A stretch of 32,682 nt of DNA from an uncultured Saprospiraceae bacterium (lineage in GTDB: Bacteria > Bacteroidota > Bacteroidia > Chitinophagales > Saprospiraceae). How positions within the stretch are numbered: position 1 is the first letter of the stretch; each line of letters starts with the position of its first letter. The position numbers and the translations under genes are program-made. The DNA lies in assembly GCA_964580485.1 (NCBI GenBank), contig CAZOLU010000002.1, positions 1 to 32,682 of the forward strand, in the 5' to 3' direction. The notes below the pieces were generated by a model, which saw only the letters and a list, made by a program, of their open reading frames with translations, was not told the origin of the DNA and did no database searches. Shown here piece after piece: positions 27,872 through 32,682 of the stretch.

Positions 27872-28119
27872 ACGACAAATTTGGGACCCGAAAAACGACA
27901 CTCATTTTTTACTGTCGTTTTTCACCTTGAAAAACGACAGATTTGGGACCCTTTATCTTGCAAGAGCCTCAAAAATGTAGAAATAGGCCGTAAAAAAGTG
28001 CTTTTGATACAGTAATTTCATGCTTTTGGAGCTATTTTCAGGCAATTTGCATCCCAAAACCATGAAGCGGGTCCCAAATTTGTCGTTTTTGGCGATTTCG
28101 AACGACAAATTTGGGACCC
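27872..28119. repeat. Four auxiliary iterons: two reversed copies and one inverted pair
   Basis: Reversed cores at 27872-88 and 27934-50 (one mismatch); perfect 19-bp inverted repeat at 28069-87 / 28101-19. Confidence 0.88.
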
Positions 28120-28340
28120 CAACTTGATCTTATTACTTTTTCAGAAACTAACTTTACTCCTCCAAGAAAAATTTTACAAAAAACTAGGAGTTTTATAGCT
28201 GAGTTAATGTTTTGAGTTTTGTTTTATGCATTAACTTATGGCTAAATGCTCTTTATTTGGATTCTGAGGGAGTTTTGTGGCTCGGATGTAGTTATGTGTA
28301 GTTCGGGTGTTAAAAGTCGCTCAGTGGCCAAATTTTAAAC

Positions 28341-29432
28341 TTACTTAATTTCTAAAATTTGATAAGCTGATTGATGTGCTGCTCTATCGGATTCAGTATT
28401 TCTATCATCATCATGCACCACAATCACTTTATTTTTGCCCAAAACAGAGACAGCTTCGGCCTTGTGGTTCATTTCAAAAATTGCTCCTTCTGAAGTGCGC
28501 AGAATGCTAGGGGCTTGATTTCGCTCAATATTTTGCTCAGACAAAATCCAAAGATAGCCCCCCATACGATTTTCATGTTCATAGCTAGTTGTCAAGTAAA
28601 AGCGTTTTTGAAAGGGGTCGTATTCAATACTAGAGAGTGCGATGGGGAGTTTCAAATCTTTGTATTCTGATTTGAGGGGATCAAAACGATAAATACATTT
28701 CACATCTTCTCCCAATGTGATTGTTCCATCTTTTCCTATCTCATAAGATACCGCTAAAAGGGCAATCGTATACTGGAAATTATCATAGCGTTCACCCATC
28801 TCTCTGATCCCAAAAATTAGCTTTTTATCAGGGGTCAAAGCTATACCTTCTACCTTGAAATATTTTGGGCCTTCTGAGCTATTGTTATTTGCCAATCCTA
28901 AGCGTATCTTTTTTCGCAATCCTAAAGAGGATTTAACACCATTTCTTTGACTTGGATTTATGAGTTGAGCTTGTTCAGGTTGACCACTAGGCCAAGCAAT
29001 TAAACAATTATAAGCATCCCAACCATCTTCCTTAATTCGATCAAAAGCAGTTGTTAGGAAAATATATTTTTGATCAGGGCTGATACTAAAATCTTCATAC
29101 TTGATAGCTGTTTTGAGTAATTTTTGATCGAGGTACTTGAGGGCTTTAGGATTTTTGATGTGGTTGTTTTCAATGTCTAGGCTAAACACAGAACTTTGAT
29201 TAGGGATAGCCTTATCACTTGCAACAAATAGCTCTTGTTGGTAGTAAACTGCTGCAGACAATTCACAATAAGTCCAATCATTTTTTACAGAATCCCAAGT
29301 AGGTGTAAAACAGTCAATAAGTCCTTTTTCAAGCTCATGAACTGTGTATGATTTGTTACCTGATTTCCAAGAGGTGACTTTACAACTTCCAATAAGTAGC
29401 GGCAATAGGACTAATATGAAATATTTTCTCAT
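28341..29432 (-). CDS. Lipoprotein, probable beta-propeller of unknown function
   Basis: Lipobox LLIGS-C; blade-like repeats ELSAAVY, YEDFSIS, VEGIALT, LSSIEYD, AEAVSV. Confidence 0.7.
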   Translation of the reverse strand: MRKYFILVLLPLLIGSCKVTSWKSGNKSYTVHELEKGLIDCFTPTWDSVKNDWTYCELSAAVYYQQELFVASDKAIPNQSSVFSLDIENNHIKNPKALKYLDQKLLKTAIKYEDFSISPDQKYIFLTTAFDRIKEDGWDAYNCLIAWPSGQPEQAQLINPSQRNGVKSSLGLRKKIRLGLANNNSSEGPKYFKVEGIALTPDKKLIFGIREMGERYDNFQYTIALLAVSYEIGKDGTITLGEDVKCIYRFDPLKSEYKDLKLPIALSSIEYDPFQKRFYLTTSYEHENRMGGYLWILSEQNIERNQAPSILRTSEGAIFEMNHKAEAVSVLGKNKVIVVHDDDRNTESDRAAHQSAYQILEIK

Positions 29433-29485
29433 AACTCTAGTTTTAGTTTCTGTGGAATTCCTTTATCTTGGTTTGATAAGTATTT

Positions 29486-29815
29486 ATGAATATGAAAGTA
29501 GTTAAATTATTCTCCTTCCAAAAGGAATTTGTATTGAGGAAAGGAGATCAATGTAAATATACCTACCATGAGCATGTTTCAGTAGGATATACAGCCGACT
29601 TTGAGATTGAGGATTCCAAAGTGCTAAAACACTTAGAAACCAATACTCGGTATGAGCAACCTGAGCGGATGAAACATGGTATGGCTGGAGGTGATGCTGC
29701 AGAAACAACTTTTGTTTTTCAGGCAGAATCCTTTGGAACATCACTACTTTGGATTCGAAAATATTTCCGTTTTGATTTAGAAGAAGAAATGCAATTTAGA
29801 ATTATTGTGAAATGA
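29486..29815 (+). CDS. Small beta-rich protein, possibly chagasin/I42 protease-inhibitor-like
   Basis: SVGY, GMAGG and FVFQAESFG echo the I42 loops; the canonical NPTTGY and RPW motifs are degenerate. Confidence 0.45.
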   Translation: MNMKVVKLFSFQKEFVLRKGDQCKYTYHEHVSVGYTADFEIEDSKVLKHLETNTRYEQPERMKHGMAGGDAAETTFVFQAESFGTSLLWIRKYFRFDLEEEMQFRIIVK

Positions 29816-29860
29816 TTTTTTGCTAAAAATGTAATAAACAAAAGATCTAAAAACAGGTAG

Positions 29861-30925
29861 ATGATGAAGAACTCTTATACTGGTAAAGAACAATACTATG
29901 GAGACTATCTAGCTTTAGATAAAATCCTTGGAGCTCAATTTCCAGAAAGTGATGCACAGGGAGTAGATGCACATGATGAAATGCTTTTTATTATTGTTCA
30001 TCAAGCTTATGAGTTGTGGTTTAAGCAGATTATGCATGATTTAGAATCGGTTATGACTATTTTTAAAAATGATCAAATTGATGACAACTCTTCAGGAATG
30101 CAGGTGGCGACACATCGTCTAGGACGGATTATTGAGATTTGGAAGTTACTAGTGAATCAAGTACGAGTTTTGGAAACCATGACTCCTATGGATTTCTTAG
30201 ATTTTAGAGATTTGCTAACTCCAGCATCTGGTTTTCAAAGCTTTCAATTTCGGCTCTTAGAAACAAAGCTGGGCTTGAAAATGGAGCAGCGATTTGCCCA
30301 AAAATATTATCAACAACAGTTGAGAGCAGAACATATACAAGCTGTGGAAGAGGCTGAAAGTAATCCCTCTTTGTTTGAGCTTTTGGATCGTTGGTTGAGC
30401 CGGATTCCTTTTTGGCAAGTAGATAAATATTGGGCTGATTTTGAAATTCCTGAAGGCGCAGATGAAAGTTTGCATCCTTTTTGGGCCAGCTACCGAAAAA
30501 TTTATGAAGATGGTTTGCAAGCCAACGAGCGCAAATCCATTAGTATGCAAACCTTTGATCAAATTTTCATGGGAGTGGAACAGCGAGATATGCGCTTGAG
30601 TGCAGCAGCCTGCCGAGCTGCACTATTTATCACACTTTACCGAGAATATCCTCTACTACAACAACCCTATAGATTGTTGAATATGATTTTGGAGATCGAT
30701 GAGTTGATGGCCACTTTTCGCTATCGACACATCATTATGGTACGTCGCATGATTGGTATGCGTTCTGGTACAGGAGGTTCTTCTGGTGCCAATTATCTCA
30801 AAGGAGCTATGGAGAAACATCAGATTTTTGCAGAACTTAATAGTTTGGCTACCTACCTTGTGCCTCGCAGAAAATTACCACAAATACCAGAGCGTTTGGC
30901 AAATAATCTTTCGTTTAGACTGTAA
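29861..30925 (+). CDS. kynA: Tryptophan 2,3-dioxygenase
   Basis: YGDYLALDKIL, HDEMLFIIVHQAYELWFKQ, PASGFQSFQFR, GTGGSSG. Confidence 0.96.
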   Translation: MMKNSYTGKEQYYGDYLALDKILGAQFPESDAQGVDAHDEMLFIIVHQAYELWFKQIMHDLESVMTIFKNDQIDDNSSGMQVATHRLGRIIEIWKLLVNQVRVLETMTPMDFLDFRDLLTPASGFQSFQFRLLETKLGLKMEQRFAQKYYQQQLRAEHIQAVEEAESNPSLFELLDRWLSRIPFWQVDKYWADFEIPEGADESLHPFWASYRKIYEDGLQANERKSISMQTFDQIFMGVEQRDMRLSAAACRAALFITLYREYPLLQQPYRLLNMILEIDELMATFRYRHIIMVRRMIGMRSGTGGSSGANYLKGAMEKHQIFAELNSLATYLVPRRKLPQIPERLANNLSFRL

Positions 30926-30958
30926 TTATTAAAATAAAATTATAAATTTAAGAGTGCG

Positions 30959-30989
30959 GCCAGTTCCCCAAAAAGGAGTTGGCTTTTTT
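30959..30989 (+). terminator. Intrinsic terminator after kynA
   Basis: GCCAGTTCC-loop-GGAGTTGGC-T6. Confidence 0.65.
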
Positions 30990-31033
30990 ATTTTGAATAC
31001 TCATACTTTTGAAATGATTAAATACTCAAGTCT

Positions 31034-32682
31034 ATGAATCAATGGATATACAGCATCTTTTTATTGTTTGGAGTGATCGGTTTACAAGCACAGACTTTTC
31101 CTAGTATTCAATGGGATTATCAAGTTGGAGCACCGTCTTTTGGTTCTGCTGCAGCTGCTGACTTAGATAGAGATGGATACTTGGAAATTGTATTTACTAC
31201 TTATACTAACGATGGAAAAGTACATTGTCTTAATGCAGAAGATGGATCTGTATTGTGGACTTATGATATTGGAGGCTGTGGAGATGTTGCGCCCTTGATT
31301 TATGATATGGATAATGATGATACATTGGATGTTGTAATCAATGGGTCTTGCAACCCTACTGCTTTTTGTATCAATGGGCATACTGGTGCTTTAAAATGGA
31401 GTGTTCCTTCTGGAGGTGGAGACTCTCCTCCTACTGTCGCCGATATTGATCAAGACAGTATGCCAGAAGTTTTGTTTGGTAATTTTAGTGGGCAGGTGCG
31501 CATTCTCAATGGAGAAGATGGTTCTTTAGCCAAAAGTATACAGGTAGATAATGGTCCGATTCAAACAGAGCCTACCCTTTGTGATGTTGATGGAGATGGT
31601 GACTTGGATTTTATAGTTTGCAATCATTTCAATAATTCAGGGTTTTATACCTATGCTTATGATTATGCTTCTGGAGATACGATTTGGATGAATTACCATT
31701 TTGATACATCATCTACGTATTATTCCTATCATGGTGGAGCTATTGCTGACATTGATTTAGATGGTAAAGACGAGTATGTCATTGGTTCTAATGATGGAGC
31801 TATTCGGGCTTTGAATGTAGAAGATGGTTCTGTTTTGTGGCGTATATCGGGATTGACCAATGTTATTAGTGCGCTAACTATTGCTGATATGGATGGGGAT
31901 GATACCTTAGAAGTGGTGTATAATAACAATGATTATCTCACTTTTAATGACCATATTGGAATTTTGAATGGGCCTGATGGTAGTTTAGAATGGTCACATC
32001 CTATTACTTTTAGTGGATTTAGAGGAGTGGCAATTTCTGATATCAATGGGAATGGTCAATTGGATATGATTTCAGGGCATTTTATGGGGGAATTTATGGC
32101 TGTGGAGGCCTACAATGGAGAACTTTGGAATATTGATCTAGAAAACCAGTTTACTCAAAACTTCCCCTATTTTGATGTAGATCATGGACCACTGATTGCA
32201 GACTTTGATAAGGATGATACCATTGAAGTTTTTACGGTAGCTGGTTATGGCACTTATTTTCCTGATAGTTTGAATGATGGAAAGGCTTTTTTGCTAAATG
32301 CAGGCGTTGGCTATTGCCCTTCTTGGTTGATGTTTCGCCAAAATGTTCGTCGAACTGCCTATCTTTCCAACGATGAAATAGAAACTTGGTGCGATACCAG
32401 TACCAATGTTGCAGTGGATCGGGTGGAAAGAAACCTTGAGCTGCATGTAATGCCCAACCCATTCCAGGAATCTATTAGTTTTCAATTGAATTTAGAACAA
32501 GAGACTGAGGTGAATTTAGCTCTTTTTGATCTACAAGGGCGTTTAGTCAGGCAATTGTGCCAAAAGCCGCTTGCGGCAGGATTCCATCAACTCAATTATC
32601 AACTCAATGACCTAGCATCTGGAGTGTATTTTTATCGATTACAGACTAGGTATGGGCAAGCGAGTGGCAAAATTATACGTAT
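31034..32682 (+). CDS. Secreted FG-GAP/PQQ-like beta-propeller protein with T9SS type A sorting domain (551 aa when circularised; not in the ORF track)
   Basis: MNQWIYSIFLLFGVIGLQAQ signal; DLDRDGYLE, DMDNDDTLD, DIDQDSMPE repeats; C-terminal MPNPF, LFDLQGRLV, LASGVYFYRL, GKII. Confidence 0.88.
   Translation, partial: MNQWIYSIFLLFGVIGLQAQTFPSIQWDYQVGAPSFGSAAAADLDRDGYLEIVFTTYTNDGKVHCLNAEDGSVLWTYDIGGCGDVAPLIYDMDNDDTLDVVINGSCNPTAFCINGHTGALKWSVPSGGGDSPPTVADIDQDSMPEVLFGNFSGQVRILNGEDGSLAKSIQVDNGPIQTEPTLCDVDGDGDLDFIVCNHFNNSGFYTYAYDYASGDTIWMNYHFDTSSTYYSYHGGAIADIDLDGKDEYVIGSNDGAIRALNVEDGSVLWRISGLTNVISALTIADMDGDDTLEVVYNNNDYLTFNDHIGILNGPDGSLEWSHPITFSGFRGVAISDINGNGQLDMISGHFMGEFMAVEAYNGELWNIDLENQFTQNFPYFDVDHGPLIADFDKDDTIEVFTVAGYGTYFPDSLNDGKAFLLNAGVGYCPSWLMFRQNVRRTAYLSNDEIETWCDTSTNVAVDRVERNLELHVMPNPFQESISFQLNLEQETEVNLALFDLQGRLVRQLCQKPLAAGFHQLNYQLNDLASGVYFYRLQTRYGQASGKIIR
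32628..32682. repeat. Terminal direct repeat, right copy
   Basis: Identical to 1-55. Confidence 0.97.

Noticed and set aside
27347-27980. Short ORFs over the origin (27347-27619, 27399-27722, 27444-27701, 27786-27980)
   Set aside because: They are by-products of the iteron repeats and A/T tracts, with repetitive translations on both strands.

Overview
The window looks like a complete circular replicon of about 32,627 bp. Bases 1-55 are identical to 32628-32682, and an ORF that runs off the right end closes correctly at a stop codon at 60-62. The host is probably Bacteroidota, based on a T9SS C-terminal sorting domain, TAnnTTTG -7 promoter elements and A-rich starts without Shine-Dalgarno motifs. 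The backbone is a Rep_3-type initiator next to a 10-copy iteron origin, plus ParA and a small ribbon-helix-helix-like partner. Six dispersed arrays of 7-bp-phased ACGTnnn repeats, built around a parS-like palindrome (GTTGCACGTGCAAC), are candidate centromeres. About half the molecule encodes core nucleotide biosynthesis: purM-purL-purQ-purH-purC-purB-purD-purN-purF, guaBA and a eukaryote-type fused pyrE-pyrF. purE/purK and purA are absent. Other cargo includes an OmpA-domain protein, a GH73 hydrolase, a thioredoxin-fold protein, MarC, an Lrp regulator, tryptophan 2,3-dioxygenase, an FG-GAP/T9SS protein, a 44-aa membrane peptide and a tandem pair of putative structured sRNAs. No relaxase, transposase, integrase or recognisable toxin-antitoxin gene is seen. 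The best overall reading is a nucleotide-prototrophy plasmid or mini-chromid. All family calls come from motif recognition by eye, not database searches.
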